From contig CBDBMJ010000001.1 in the NCBI GenBank assembly GCA_965207455.1, forward strand, positions 1,408,001 through 1,472,000: 64,000 nt of DNA. The letters are read 5' to 3'. A program made the position numbers and the translations under genes. The notes under the pieces were generated by a model. It had not been told where the DNA came from. It was given only the letters and a program-made list of their open reading frames with translations, and did not search any database. The stretch is from Bdellovibrionota bacterium. GTDB lineage: Bacteria > Bdellovibrionota > UBA1018 > CAIPTA01 > JAALKR01. Position 1 is the first letter of the stretch; each line of letters begins with the position of its first letter. Shown piece by piece: positions 31,277-42,142 of this stretch.

Positions 31277-31936
31277 ATGAAAAATCGAAGCAATAAAAAT
31301 CTAACAACGGTGGTAGCAATGATATTTGCAATTGCCATAACGTCGCCAGTATATGGACAGGAGGAAAATCCTGCTTTAGATAAAACAGCCGAAGTAATCG
31401 TCAAAATAGTAGAAAATGCTGCAAATTTGGGAAAGGCAAAGGGCAAAGAATTCGAGGAAACAATAGTAAAAGCAGTTTCAGAATCGATGACTGAAGTAAT
31501 AACAGTATTCGGACAATCAATGGCAAAAGCAACAGCAGAGGCACTTGAAGAAACAGCGAAAGAAGCACTGGCTAATTTCGTATCGAAAGAAAAATCAACT
31601 GTTGTGGTAGCCGGCATATTGGAACAAATGTGCGGTAGTGGTGAGCCAACACAATTGTCTGACCTCAATAATAAATCAATGCCAGCATCAGAAAATGCAT
31701 TTCAATTTTCCTGGGTTATATTGGCATCTGGACAACTCCAAGGCAAGGCAGTCTCTGTAAAATCCGATCCTCCTCACTCCAATAATAAAGTACTTATTAA
31801 TGGTTCTCCGATCAATGAGGGCAACGACTTTGATGTGTGTTATGACTATTCAAATCCTGAGAAAATGGTTGATGATGTTGCAAGTAAACTTACTGAGGAC
31901 GCTAGAGGTCTTATTTCAAGGGCATACGCTAAGTAA
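31277..31936 (+). CDS. Secreted hypothetical protein
   Basis: GGAGG RBS, Sec signal ending VYG-Q, helical N-terminal half. Confidence 0.7.
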   Translation: MKNRSNKNLTTVVAMIFAIAITSPVYGQEENPALDKTAEVIVKIVENAANLGKAKGKEFEETIVKAVSESMTEVITVFGQSMAKATAEALEETAKEALANFVSKEKSTVVVAGILEQMCGSGEPTQLSDLNNKSMPASENAFQFSWVILASGQLQGKAVSVKSDPPHSNNKVLINGSPINEGNDFDVCYDYSNPEKMVDDVASKLTEDARGLISRAYAK

Positions 31937-32002
31937 TCAGCGAGTCTTGAAATTAAAGGAGCTTTTTTTATGCCTTAACTGTTTGAGGATTTGAGAAAGT
32001 TT

Positions 32003-33385
32003 TTATCTACCTGTCATTTCTTCTGGTCGGATCCATTTGTCAAATTCTTCCTCGGTCACATACGCCAGTGCTAGTGCGGCTTCCTTGAGGGTGGTGCCTT
32101 CCTTATAGGCTTTCTTAGCAATCTCGGCTGCTTTTTCATAGCCAATATGGGGGTTGAGTGCGGTTACCAACATAAGAGATTTTTTTAAATTTTCCTCTAT
32201 TCGCTCCTTATTGGCTTCAATTCCTCCCATACAGTTTTTTGTAAAAGATAGGCAACCGTCGGAGAGAAGACGAACGGATTGTAAAAAATTATAAATTATT
32301 ACGGGTTTAAATACATTTAATTCAAAGTTACCTGAGGCTCCCCCAAAGGCAATGGAAGTATCGTTACCCATTACTTGTACACAAAGCATGGTGAGTGCTT
32401 CACATTGTGTTGGGTTTACTTTTCCCGGCATAATGGAGCTGCCTGGTTCATTCTCTGGAATACGAATTTCTCCCAAACCAGCTCGTGGACCTGAGGCGAG
32501 CCAGCGTATATCGTTGGCAATTTTAAATAAGGCTCCTGCAAGTGTGCGTAGTGCTCCATGGGCTGCCACAAGGGCATCATTGGCTGCCAGTGCTTCAAAC
32601 TTGTTGGGTGCGGTTACAAAGGGAAGGCTTGTGAGTTGAGCAATTTCTTGGGCCACGGCTTTGTCATATCCTTCCAGTGTGTTGAGTCCAGTGCCAACGG
32701 CTGTGCCCCCTAATGCAAGCTCATGGAGGTGGGAGAGGGCTCTCTCTATATGTTCAAGAGATTGGGCCAGTTGCCTGCTATAACCGGAAAATTCCTGCCC
32801 CAGTGTGAGGGGGGTGGCATCCTGGAGATGGGTGCGACCAATCTTTACCACGTTTTCAAAAGCAGCGCTTTTTTTGTCAATGGTCGCTTTTAGTTTTTTC
32901 ACGGAAGGAAGGAGGCCCTGGATTGCTGTAACCGCAGCAATGCTCATTGCTGTGGGAAAAACATCGTTAGAGCTTTGCCCTTTATTGACATCGTCGTTGG
33001 GATGCACGAGTCGATCGCTTCCCCTGGATCCGCCCATAATCTCACTAGCACGATTAGCAATCACTTCATTTACATTCATATTTGTTTGGGTGCCGCTGCC
33101 TGTTTGCCAAACGCTCAAGGGAAATTCTTCTTCATGTTTTCCCGACAAAATCTCATCTATGGCAGCGCAAATGGCTTGTCCCTTTTTCTTATCCAAAACC
33201 CCTTGGCGCATATTGATCGTGGCTGCTGCTTTTTTTACAGTCGCTAGGGCCAGAATTAGTTCGTAGGGCATCTTCTCGGTGGAAATAGCAAAATTTTGCT
33301 TGGATCGTTGGGTTTGAGCTCCCCAAAGCCTATCTGCAGGAACCTCGATAAAACCAAAGGTGTCTTTCTCTTTGCGTACAGTCAT
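32003..33385 (-). CDS. fumC: Class II fumarate hydratase
   Basis: [22 protein letters not shown] and [11 protein letters not shown]. Start at MTVRKEKD. Confidence 0.97.
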   Translation of the reverse strand: MTVRKEKDTFGFIEVPADRLWGAQTQRSKQNFAISTEKMPYELILALATVKKAAATINMRQGVLDKKKGQAICAAIDEILSGKHEEEFPLSVWQTGSGTQTNMNVNEVIANRASEIMGGSRGSDRLVHPNDDVNKGQSSNDVFPTAMSIAAVTAIQGLLPSVKKLKATIDKKSAAFENVVKIGRTHLQDATPLTLGQEFSGYSRQLAQSLEHIERALSHLHELALGGTAVGTGLNTLEGYDKAVAQEIAQLTSLPFVTAPNKFEALAANDALVAAHGALRTLAGALFKIANDIRWLASGPRAGLGEIRIPENEPGSSIMPGKVNPTQCEALTMLCVQVMGNDTSIAFGGASGNFELNVFKPVIIYNFLQSVRLLSDGCLSFTKNCMGGIEANKERIEENLKKSLMLVTALNPHIGYEKAAEIAKKAYKEGTTLKEAALALAYVTEEEFDKWIRPEEMTGR

Positions 33386-33514
33386 ATTTCCTTTCCTGTA
33401 CCTCCTTTTTATCAAAATCCACCACTGCCTTCAAGGAGTTAATGTGCTGGAAAAACCTAGCGTCATTGCGGTGTGGCTATTGAAATCCGCACCCCAACAG
33501 GGTAAAAGCAAGGA

Positions 33515-34558
33515 ATGAAGCATAGTTATACCTATGGAGTCCATTTAAAACGTGTCAGTCGTAGTTTTGCTTTTTGTATAGAGCAGCTACAGCCACCCCA
33601 CAAGGAGTGGATGGGTTTAGCCTATATTTTGTGTCGCATACTGGATACGATAGAGGATGCCCTTTGGGCAGACCCCAGCCAGCAAAAGGAAGCCTTCCAT
33701 CAATTCAATCATTTTATTTCTGCCGACCCCAACCCTCAGGAAGTACGCCAATGGTTACGGACGTTTCCCACCACTATTCCCAAAGGGGAAGCCTTGCTAT
33801 TGGAAAAAGCCGACCTATTTTTTGAAGATCTCCATTCCCTGCCCCTCCCCTTAAAAAAACATTTTCAAAATAGTATTCTGACCATGAGCCAAGGGATGGA
33901 GCATTTTTGTACCCATAAGCAACACAACAATGAGTTGCATTTCCAGTCCATGGCTGAAGTAAATCAATATTGTTTTTTTGTTGCCGGTGTGGTGGGTGAG
34001 CTACTCACCAACGTGTTTACTTTTGTGGAGCCGGACTACGAAGTTACTCCTGAGGTTATCCTCAATGCTTTCCATTTTGGTCTATACCTACAAAAAGTGA
34101 ATATTCTAAAGGATCAACTGGGCGACGAATCTGAGGGACGACACTTTATTCACTCCAGAGAAGAAATACGCAAAAGCCTGGCCACCAACGTGAGAGGAGC
34201 CTTTCGCTACCTCACATCCTTGCCCCTATTGCAGAAAAATTACCGAATATTTTGTGGATGGTCCCTTTTTCTTGGGCTTGCCTCTCTACCTTGGATCGAC
34301 CGGTCTTGGAAAGTAAAAAAATTGGTAAAAATATCCAGACTGGAAACAGCGGCACTGCTGTCCAAAGTAAAATCTGTGATCAACGACAACGAGGCTCTAG
34401 AGAATTTATTCAAAGAGTATATAGATCAATGCGCATTAAAAATCGGAATGGAAACCAAGACACAAGAAAGTAAATCAGTCCAACAGCCCTGGTTTCAAGA
34501 TTTATATACGGGTAAGCTCTCCCCACTGGACATGAAAACTCTTGCCATAACCGAATAA
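33515..34558 (+). CDS. Squalene/phytoene synthase family protein
   Basis: VSRSFA, CRILDTIED, YCFFVAGVVGE and FGLYLQKVNILKD...D..EGR. Confidence 0.87.
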   Translation: MKHSYTYGVHLKRVSRSFAFCIEQLQPPHKEWMGLAYILCRILDTIEDALWADPSQQKEAFHQFNHFISADPNPQEVRQWLRTFPTTIPKGEALLLEKADLFFEDLHSLPLPLKKHFQNSILTMSQGMEHFCTHKQHNNELHFQSMAEVNQYCFFVAGVVGELLTNVFTFVEPDYEVTPEVILNAFHFGLYLQKVNILKDQLGDESEGRHFIHSREEIRKSLATNVRGAFRYLTSLPLLQKNYRIFCGWSLFLGLASLPWIDRSWKVKKLVKISRLETAALLSKVKSVINDNEALENLFKEYIDQCALKIGMETKTQESKSVQQPWFQDLYTGKLSPLDMKTLAITE

Positions 34559-35470
34559 CTATTCAGACTTCCAAGCACTGTGGTATCGAGAGGGCAGGTG
34601 AATCTCTAAACTCTGGGCCAGTTCCTCCACAGCGGAACACACTTTGGTTATATCCACACCTGTGGAAAAATCCATTCCATGAAGCATATATAATAAATCT
34701 TCGGTGGCAAGATTTCCAGAAGCTCCCTTGGCATAAGGACAACCACCCAGTCCTCCAGCAGAGGCATCAATTACGGTAATGCCCTCGTCTATGGCACGAA
34801 GGGAGTTGGCAATGGCAGTGCCCCTTGTGTCGTGAAAGTGTACAGCTAGGTGATCCTTCTTGGGGAAGGTTTGTAAAACTTTGGAGACTTGCTTGGGGGT
34901 TGCCACGCCAATAGTATCTCCCAAGGAAATTTCTTCCACACCCATATCCAATAGCTTCTGTGTGATCGTAAACGCTTTTTTAGGATCTGTGGCACCAGAA
35001 TAAGGACAACCCCATACGGTGGAAATATACCCACGAACTTTTATTTTATTTGCTCTCTTCACAATGGACTCAATTACTTGCAGCGCTTTGGTTAGAGACA
35101 TTTGCACATTTTTTTCACTAAACTTTTCACTCGTGGCTGTAAATACAGAAATGTGTTTTGCGCCTGCCTCCAGAGCATTATCTAAGCCTTTTTCATTGGG
35201 CACCAAACACCAAAAACGTTTTTTCTTCCATAGTTCTGGATACTCCAAGGATAATTTTTTTACCACTTCCCCTGTGGCTGCCATCTGCACCACACGATCG
35301 GGACGAACAAAGGCTCCTGCTTCCACATCTTCCAATCCAGAACGAGCCAGTTCCACAATAAACTTCGTTCGCTTTTCCACAAGTTCCTCTTCTGAAAGAA
35401 AACGAAAATTATGCTCGTTTTGCAAACCGTCCCTTGGACCAACCTCTACTACTCGTATTTTTTTTTTCAT
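34559..35470 (-). CDS. liuE: Hydroxymethylglutaryl-CoA lyase
   Basis: EVGPRDGLQNE, HFHDT and GLGGCPYA. Confidence 0.93.
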   Translation of the reverse strand: MKKKIRVVEVGPRDGLQNEHNFRFLSEEELVEKRTKFIVELARSGLEDVEAGAFVRPDRVVQMAATGEVVKKLSLEYPELWKKKRFWCLVPNEKGLDNALEAGAKHISVFTATSEKFSEKNVQMSLTKALQVIESIVKRANKIKVRGYISTVWGCPYSGATDPKKAFTITQKLLDMGVEEISLGDTIGVATPKQVSKVLQTFPKKDHLAVHFHDTRGTAIANSLRAIDEGITVIDASAGGLGGCPYAKGASGNLATEDLLYMLHGMDFSTGVDITKVCSAVEELAQSLEIHLPSRYHSAWKSE

Positions 35471-35471
35471 T

Positions 35472-35801
35472 TTATTTATCTATTTTCCAACGAACAAAGA
35501 GAGTACCTTCTTCCAGCACTTCACCTTCCTTCACTAAAACCATATCCACAGTGCCATCACGGGGACTGTCATAAGTATACTCCATTTTCATGGCTTCCAC
35601 ACTTACCACCGCATCTCCACAGGAAATCTTTTGTCCCGAACTTACATGGAGTTTTACCACTTTACAGGAAAAGGGAGCTAGGAGTTCGTTTTCTAGCTTC
35701 CCGCTCTCTACCCTTTTCTCTGGACCACAATAGACCCTATAGATCCTACCTTCGTGCTGAATCCAAAGATCGTTGCCTTGTCTTGTTGCCATAGTATTCA
35801 T
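35472..35801 (-). CDS. Stand-alone biotin carboxyl carrier protein
   Basis: EAMKME biotinylation motif. Confidence 0.88.
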   Translation of the reverse strand: MNTMATRQGNDLWIQHEGRIYRVYCGPEKRVESGKLENELLAPFSCKVVKLHVSSGQKISCGDAVVSVEAMKMEYTYDSPRDGTVDMVLVKEGEVLEEGTLFVRWKIDK

Positions 35802-37291
35802 GGAGCATCCCAGGGAGAGGCAATCTGGTTTGTGATTTGGCCTCCGTTATTTATACTTCTGCTTTTTGAGGAATGAAACAAAGCCTTGGCCTTTTCCTCT
35901 AGCGACTGCGGAATTTCATCCACCCAAGAATAGGAGTCTAAAAATTCCACATGCATGGTTCCCGAACGAAACTCCGGGGTTTGAAGAATATCCTGTAGGT
36001 AATTTATATTGGTAGTTACTCCAAACAATATGGTGTGTTTCAAAGACCACAACATCTTCTCTATGGCTCTTTCCCTATCCACTGCCCAAACCGTAAGCTT
36101 GGCAATCATGGGATCATAGTCCAATGTAATGGTGTGGTTCTCTGGGCTAAGTGCTGTGTCCACTCGAATGCCCACACCCATGGGCCAAACCATTTTCAAT
36201 ACATTTCCTGAGCAAGGAATAAAACCTTTGCTCGGATCTTCGCCGTAAATGCGCACTTCAATGGAGTGACCACGGGGCTTCCAATCCTGATCGGGAAATA
36301 TTTCTGCTAACGGTGTTTTTTCAGCTAAACGAATCTGAGCGTGTACAATATCCACTCCCAAGATGGCTTCTGTTACTGAGTGTTCTACCTGTAAACGAAC
36401 ATTCATCTCAAGGAAATAAAAATTCTCTTTGTCGTCCATTAAAAACTCCACCGTTCCCGCGTTGCTATATTCTGCTGCCTTTCCTATTCGTACGGCTGTC
36501 TGGCAAATTGCTAAACGTGTTTTTTCGCTAAGATGGGATGCGGGAGCCTCTTCAATTACTTTTTGATGACGACGCTGGCTCGAACAATCCCTCTCCCCTA
36601 AATGAATAATCTCTCCCCCATGGTCTCCCAAAATCTGCACCTCGATATGCCGTGCCCTAGAGATATATTTTTCTAAAAATAGGGTGCTGTCTCCAAAAGC
36701 AGACCCTGCCTCCCGTGAAGCACTCTCCACGGCTTTTAACAGATTCTCTTTCTTCTCCACCAAGCGCATTCCCTTACCGCCACCTCCCGCAGATGCTTTT
36801 ACCAAGAGGGGATACCCTATTCTCTCTCCAGCCCCATGGAGATCGGTTGTGCTCTCCACCTTTTCCCAGGGCAATATGGGTACTTGCGCTTTTTCCTGTA
36901 CCTCTTTGGCTAAAATTTTATCCCCAAGGGCTTGCATACTTTTACTTTGGGGACCGATCCATACTATTCCTGCTTGGGTAAAAGCCTGTGCTGCCTGAGA
37001 CTGCTCGGAGAGAAATCCATAACCGGGGTGAACTCCGTTGCATTTTGCTTCCATCCCAATGGCTACTAATTTTTTTATATTCAAGTATGTTTCTTTACTG
37101 TCGCCATCGCCGAGCGAAAACGCTTCATGGGCCAATTGAACGTGACGGGAATTTTTATCCACCTCACTATAAACAGCCACAGTGGTTCTGCCCAGTTCTC
37201 CACAAGCTTGAATTAAACGACAAGCAATTTCTCCTCGATTAATAATAAGGATGCGCTGAAGTTTGCCTTTAACCTGAGATTTATTCCCCAT
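35798..37291 (-). CDS. liuD: Biotin carboxylase, alpha part of methylcrotonyl-CoA carboxylase
   Basis: NRGEIA, HPGYGFLSE, GGGGKGMR, RLQVEH and YDPMIAKL. Confidence 0.88.
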   Translation of the reverse strand: MGNKSQVKGKLQRILIINRGEIACRLIQACGELGRTTVAVYSEVDKNSRHVQLAHEAFSLGDGDSKETYLNIKKLVAIGMEAKCNGVHPGYGFLSEQSQAAQAFTQAGIVWIGPQSKSMQALGDKILAKEVQEKAQVPILPWEKVESTTDLHGAGERIGYPLLVKASAGGGGKGMRLVEKKENLLKAVESASREAGSAFGDSTLFLEKYISRARHIEVQILGDHGGEIIHLGERDCSSQRRHQKVIEEAPASHLSEKTRLAICQTAVRIGKAAEYSNAGTVEFLMDDKENFYFLEMNVRLQVEHSVTEAILGVDIVHAQIRLAEKTPLAEIFPDQDWKPRGHSIEVRIYGEDPSKGFIPCSGNVLKMVWPMGVGIRVDTALSPENHTITLDYDPMIAKLTVWAVDRERAIEKMLWSLKHTILFGVTTNINYLQDILQTPEFRSGTMHVEFLDSYSWVDEIPQSLEEKAKALFHSSKSRSINNGGQITNQIASPWDAP

Positions 37292-37292
37292 A

Positions 37293-38096
37293 CTACTCTC
37301 GCCAACCCGGAGAACGCTTTTCTAAAAATGCCTTCAAGCCCTCCTGAGCTTCCTCCTGAGTACGAAGTTGGGCCAACGCCTTGGCTGAAAAATCTAAATC
37401 CCTCTCCACCACTTCCTGAGTATCCACCAATGTATGGATTAAATTCTTTGCTGTCCTGATGGCATGGGCACCACCCGTGAGCATTTCTTCCACCCTTTGC
37501 TGGAGGCAGGACTCTAAATCACCGCTTGGAGCCACCTCGTGTACCAAACCAATGGCTTGAGCTTTTTTACTATCAAAGCGCTCACCAGAAAGAAACAGGG
37601 ACCGACAATGACTGGATCCAATCTTTTTCAACACAAAGGGGGCAATACAAGCAGGAATTAAACCCAGCTTTACCTCGGACAAACTAAATACACAGCCCTC
37701 CTCAGCAATCACATGATCGCAAACACTCACTAAACCCACACCACCGCCAATGGCATAACCATGGATCAAACCCAAAACAGGCAAAGGACATTGATCAATG
37801 GCTAAAAACATTCGAGTGAGCACCTGGCACTCTTTAAAATTTTCTTCCTCGCTCAAGCATAAACTATCCTTCATCCACTGGAGATCCCCTCCTCCACAAA
37901 AGGCCTTTCCTTCTCCTCGAAGCACCACAAGACGTAATTTTTCATTGTCTTTTTGCTCCAGTGCCAGCGATGTGAATAAAAGTCGCAATTCCTCAATTAA
38001 ACCCTGATTAAAGGCATTTCTTTTTTCTGGGCGACTCAAAGAAACACTCAACACCCGTTTGTTTTCCACATTTAATTTAATATATTTATATTCCAT
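37293..38096 (-). CDS. liuC: Methylglutaconyl-CoA hydratase (crotonase family)
   Basis: FCGGGDL, AIGGGVGL and LSEVKLGLIPA; operon context. Confidence 0.87.
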   Translation of the reverse strand: MEYKYIKLNVENKRVLSVSLSRPEKRNAFNQGLIEELRLLFTSLALEQKDNEKLRLVVLRGEGKAFCGGGDLQWMKDSLCLSEEENFKECQVLTRMFLAIDQCPLPVLGLIHGYAIGGGVGLVSVCDHVIAEEGCVFSLSEVKLGLIPACIAPFVLKKIGSSHCRSLFLSGERFDSKKAQAIGLVHEVAPSGDLESCLQQRVEEMLTGGAHAIRTAKNLIHTLVDTQEVVERDLDFSAKALAQLRTQEEAQEGLKAFLEKRSPGWRE

Positions 38097-38120
38097 TTTC
38101 TTCTCTCCATCATAAATAGC

Positions 38121-39704
38121 TTACATACGAAAAATTCCATATTCAACGGGGTCTAGGGGTCGGTTGTCCAAAGACATGGCTAGGGCTAGGGCTAGTTTTT
38201 CCCGGGTTTGAGCAGGGTCGATAATACCGTCGTCCCAAAGCTTAGCCGTACTATTATAAGGGCTACTTTCCTTTTCGTATGTGGCAAGTATCTTGCTCTC
38301 TAAAGCCGCCTTCTCTTTCTTCCCACCTGAATATACGGAACCTAATACTTGGGCTGCCTGCTCTCCCCCCATTACAGAAATCTTTGCATTGGGCCACATC
38401 CAAAGCAATCGAGGTGAATAAGCCCGACCACACATACCGTAATTGCCAGCACCAAAGGAACCACCAATGATCACTGTAAACTTAGGAACCCTGGCATTGG
38501 CCACAGCCATCACCATCTTTGCTCCATCCTTTGCAATTCCACCATGCTCTGCTTTTCCTCCCACCATAAAGCCCGTAATATTTTGAAGAAATACGAGAGG
38601 AATCCCCCGCTGGTTGCAAATCTCAATAAAGTGGGTAGCCTTTAATGCACTCTCGGAAAACAACACTCCATTGTTGCTAATGATCCCAACGGGATAACCC
38701 TCGATATGGGCAAAACCACAAACCACGGTGGTGCCATAGTAGGACTTAAATTCATGGAAGCGACTCCCATCTACTAAGCGAGCAATGACCTCTTTGGAGT
38801 CATAGGGCTTGCGCAAATCCTTGGGTACAATTCCATAGAGTTCATTGGCTGGATATAACGGTTCTTCCGGTTCCTCCCGTTTATATTCTGCGGGGCTTGC
38901 CTTTCCTAAACCATTAACGATCGTGCGTAGAATTTCCAGTGCGTGGGAATCACTTTGAGCATAATAATCCGCAACACCACTGCGCTTACAATGGGTATCA
39001 GCTCCACCCAATTCCTCAGCACTAATCTCCTCTCCTGTAGCTGCTTTTACCAGTGGAGGACCCGCTAGAAAAATTGTAGCTTGGTTTTTCACCATAATGG
39101 TTTCATCGCTCATGGCAGGAATATAGGCCCCTCCTGCGGTACAACTTCCCATTACCGATGCAATCTGAGGAATCCCCTTGGCACTCATCTGCGCTTGATT
39201 ATAGAAGATGCGTCCAAAGTGTTCTTTGTCGGGAAATACCTCACTTTGTAGGGGCAGGTAGGCTCCTCCAGAGTCAATAAGATAAATACAGGGCAGGCGG
39301 TTTTCAAAAGCAATTTCTTGGGCACGGAGGTGTTTTTTCACTGTCATGGGAAAATACGTTCCTCCCTTTACAGTGGCATCGTTGGCAAGAATCATCACCT
39401 CTCGACCACTAACTCGTCCCACACCCGACACAATTCCCGCACAAGGCGCATCTCCCCCATACATTCCATACCCAGCCAAAGATGATAGCTCTAAAAAGGG
39501 TGTGCCCGGATCAATTAGCTTTTCAATGCGATCCCGTACAAATAACTTTCCCCGATCCTCATGTTTTTTTCGAGCACCTGGACTCCCTCCCTGCTCCACC
39601 TCTCGCATTTTCTCTTGTAATCCCGAAACTAATTCCTGATTGTGTCGACAGTTCTCTTGAAAAGCCGCTCCCTTGGTCTGCACTTTCGATTCAATAACGG
39701 ACAT
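38121..39704 (-). CDS. liuB: Methylcrotonyl-CoA carboxylase beta (carboxyltransferase) subunit
   Basis: [32 protein letters not shown] and [12 protein letters not shown]. Confidence 0.93.
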   Translation of the reverse strand: MSVIESKVQTKGAAFQENCRHNQELVSGLQEKMREVEQGGSPGARKKHEDRGKLFVRDRIEKLIDPGTPFLELSSLAGYGMYGGDAPCAGIVSGVGRVSGREVMILANDATVKGGTYFPMTVKKHLRAQEIAFENRLPCIYLIDSGGAYLPLQSEVFPDKEHFGRIFYNQAQMSAKGIPQIASVMGSCTAGGAYIPAMSDETIMVKNQATIFLAGPPLVKAATGEEISAEELGGADTHCKRSGVADYYAQSDSHALEILRTIVNGLGKASPAEYKREEPEEPLYPANELYGIVPKDLRKPYDSKEVIARLVDGSRFHEFKSYYGTTVVCGFAHIEGYPVGIISNNGVLFSESALKATHFIEICNQRGIPLVFLQNITGFMVGGKAEHGGIAKDGAKMVMAVANARVPKFTVIIGGSFGAGNYGMCGRAYSPRLLWMWPNAKISVMGGEQAAQVLGSVYSGGKKEKAALESKILATYEKESSPYNSTAKLWDDGIIDPAQTREKLALALAMSLDNRPLDPVEYGIFRM

Positions 39705-39888
39705 AAACTCTTTCTCCTCAGTAACCCTAGGTGCACTTTACAGGATTAGCCTGTATAAAAAAACCTAAATTACGCAGATGGATACGTAGAGTTAAATTTT
39801 ATTGCCATACCCTTCGAGAAATGCAGGCGCCATCATGACGAAAGGCGTCTACACAAGTATAATAAGAAGGAGAATCTTTGAGAGAGGC

Positions 39889-40431
39889 TTATTCCGTTAT
39901 TTTTGTCACCACTAAACGAAAGCGTTTATAGCCCGCAAGCCCTGCGGTATACATTACCCTTCGGATAAGTTGGTAGGGAACTGTTTTATCCGACTGAACA
40001 AGGAGATCTCCTGTCCACCTCTTCATGTTTTTCTTATCTCCACTACGACTAGCCAGTAGCTCATGGTTGGCTTTCTTTTGCCTTAGAACATCAAATAAAG
40101 GCAGGATTCTTTTATCCTTTGTTGTGGCTGAGCTGGGTACTTGAAATCTTGCCTTTCCCGGTGTTGGCACAAATTCCAAAATCATCTGATTGTCGAAAAA
40201 CATTTTTTCCTTCGTAATCGCCAATATGAAACCCTCGCCTGATATTGCTCTCATGGTAGATATGGGAAGATCGATAACCTTGGAATGTTGGATATTCATG
40301 CTGGATGTGCCGAAGCTTTTCAATAAAAAGACAACAATAATAATTAAAGAGTCCAGCAAGCTCGTCAGTTGTAAGGTAAATCCTTCATCAATTCTATGCC
40401 TGCGACGAGTTCGTTTACGAATAGAAGACAT
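39889..40431 (-). CDS. ExbD/TolR family protein (AglS-like)
   Basis: TM segment LTSLLDSLIIIVVFLL with the conserved Asp; QSDKTVPY. Confidence 0.85.
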   Translation of the reverse strand: MSSIRKRTRRRHRIDEGFTLQLTSLLDSLIIIVVFLLKSFGTSSMNIQHSKVIDLPISTMRAISGEGFILAITKEKMFFDNQMILEFVPTPGKARFQVPSSATTKDKRILPLFDVLRQKKANHELLASRSGDKKNMKRWTGDLLVQSDKTVPYQLIRRVMYTAGLAGYKRFRLVVTKITE

Positions 40432-40434
40432 TAT

Positions 40435-40977
40435 CTACGCTCCACCTAAAATATTTCCAAAAACCACTGCGGGAAATAAATCTGTTATTATTTTATCATC
40501 TCCATTTGCATCTTGAATGTACAAAGGAGCGTCTCCTCTTAAAATAAGTCTACTGGCGTCCATGATGTTCACAATATCATTATAGGGAATATTATCATCA
40601 GGCATAAAAACAATTTGGCGTTCATAGGGATATTTTCTCTTAATCTCCAACAGCACTGCATGGAATTTATATAAATTATATTTTTTTTCTGTGCGAACAA
40701 TCCTCAGGACAGGAATACGGTTAAAGGAACTACTGAGTTCAATAAAGTCCGAGTGGATCCATAGCATTAGGGAAAGGGGCTTTTTGTTCTTGGGGAGCTC
40801 TGCTTGGGTGGATACAATGGGTACCGGCGTATCAATCAAGGTTACTGCTAATAGAGAGGTGGCCATCAATAAAAAAGCCACCAGGGTAATAAGCACGTCC
40901 AGCATGGGAATCAAAGGTAAATCCCCTTCACCTTGCCGACTCCTGTCCGCTCTATATGCAGAAGGTTTTCTTAACAT
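40435..40977 (-). CDS. ExbD/TolR family protein (AglQ-like)
   Basis: TM segment LIPMLDVLITLVAFLL; IPYNDIVNIMDA. Confidence 0.85.
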   Translation of the reverse strand: MLRKPSAYRADRSRQGEGDLPLIPMLDVLITLVAFLLMATSLLAVTLIDTPVPIVSTQAELPKNKKPLSLMLWIHSDFIELSSSFNRIPVLRIVRTEKKYNLYKFHAVLLEIKRKYPYERQIVFMPDDNIPYNDIVNIMDASRLILRGDAPLYIQDANGDDKIITDLFPAVVFGNILGGA

Positions 40978-40992
40978 AAACCCCTCGTGTAC

Positions 40993-41661
40993 CTATAAGG
41001 AACTTTCCGTGGAATGTTTATAAGATTTCATCGTAAGCAAATCAATTATTTTCACACCAAACTCGTCCACCTCGTCGATGAGGGCAACGGATCGTGCTCC
41101 CAACAAGGAATGGAGTAGCATGGTAGTAATTGCCACGATTAAACCAAATGCTGTACAGTTTAGGGCTTCAGAAATACCTGCTGCAAGAATTCCCTGTCGC
41201 TCCGATGCCTCTGCCACCGCAATTCCTCCAAAGGAGTGTATCAAGCCTGCAATGGTACCCAACAAACCCAGCAAAGTAGCCACATTGGCAATCAAGGCTA
41301 AATAACGAAGCCTGCGTTCGAGCTTGGGAAGCACCTCCAAGGAAGCTGCATCCACCGCATTTTGAATTTGAGTTTCATTCTGTGAGGCTCGCTTCAATCC
41401 AGCTTTCAATACCTTGGGAAGAAGGGCACTGCCCGAACTATTACAAAGGCGTATTGCCCCATCCAGGTCATCGGCTAAAACATATTTTTCTATTTCAAAC
41501 ATAAAGCTACGACCATCCACTCCATACTGAAACATCAAGCGAATAAATCGCTCAAACGCAATCGCTATTGCCACTGCAAAAGCAAACGCTATGGGATGCA
41601 TAAACCACCCCCCCAACTTATATTGAATCAATAAATTCTCTAAAAAACCTTGATCTAGCAT
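40993..41661 (-). CDS. MotA/TolQ/ExbB proton channel protein (AglR-like)
   Basis: ATLLGLLGTIAGLI and GISEALNCTAFGLIVA. Confidence 0.9.
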   Translation of the reverse strand: MLDQGFLENLLIQYKLGGWFMHPIAFAFAVAIAIAFERFIRLMFQYGVDGRSFMFEIEKYVLADDLDGAIRLCNSSGSALLPKVLKAGLKRASQNETQIQNAVDAASLEVLPKLERRLRYLALIANVATLLGLLGTIAGLIHSFGGIAVAEASERQGILAAGISEALNCTAFGLIVAITTMLLHSLLGARSVALIDEVDEFGVKIIDLLTMKSYKHSTESSL

Positions 41662-41718
41662 GATTTTCCTCCTTAAAATTATACCTTTTTCCTAGTAAAA
41701 ATACTAAAAACCCAATGG

Positions 41719-42051
41719 TCAGATCAGTACTTTCTTAAATAAATCGTTCTCAATCTTATCCTTGGACTGGTTTCCCACCATTTGCTCGAACGTTTTCCCA
41801 TCTTTAAACGCAAGCAAGAACGGCACTCCACGAACCTCATATTTCTGAGCGATCCCTGGGCTTTCGTCCACATTCAGCTTTACCACCTTTACCTTACCAG
41901 AATACTGCTCTGCTAATGCTTCTAGTGTGGGCGTCAAGGCCCGGCAAGGACCACACCACTCTGCCCAGAAATCTACGATCACTGGACCATCATGGCTCAA
42001 TACATCCTCTTGAAAAGAAGCGTCTGTTGTATTAAAAATAAATTCCGACAA
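41719..42051 (-). CDS. trxA: Thioredoxin
   Basis: DFWAEWCGPC. Confidence 0.96.
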   Translation of the reverse strand: MSEFIFNTTDASFQEDVLSHDGPVIVDFWAEWCGPCRALTPTLEALAEQYSGKVKVVKLNVDESPGIAQKYEVRGVPFLLAFKDGKTFEQMVGNQSKDKIENDLFKKVLI

Positions 42052-42142
42052 TGTTATTTCCTTTCTTTATGTTCTATCTTCCAGTGTAAAACGATAGTAG
42101 ACTATTAGGCAATGGGTTTTAGTGATTAAATAAGAGAGGAAC

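Noticed and set aside
39739..39755. TACAGG-N5-CCTGTA palindrome upstream of liuB
   Set aside because: Single 6-bp-arm instance that does not match the LiuR motif as I recall it; could be chance.
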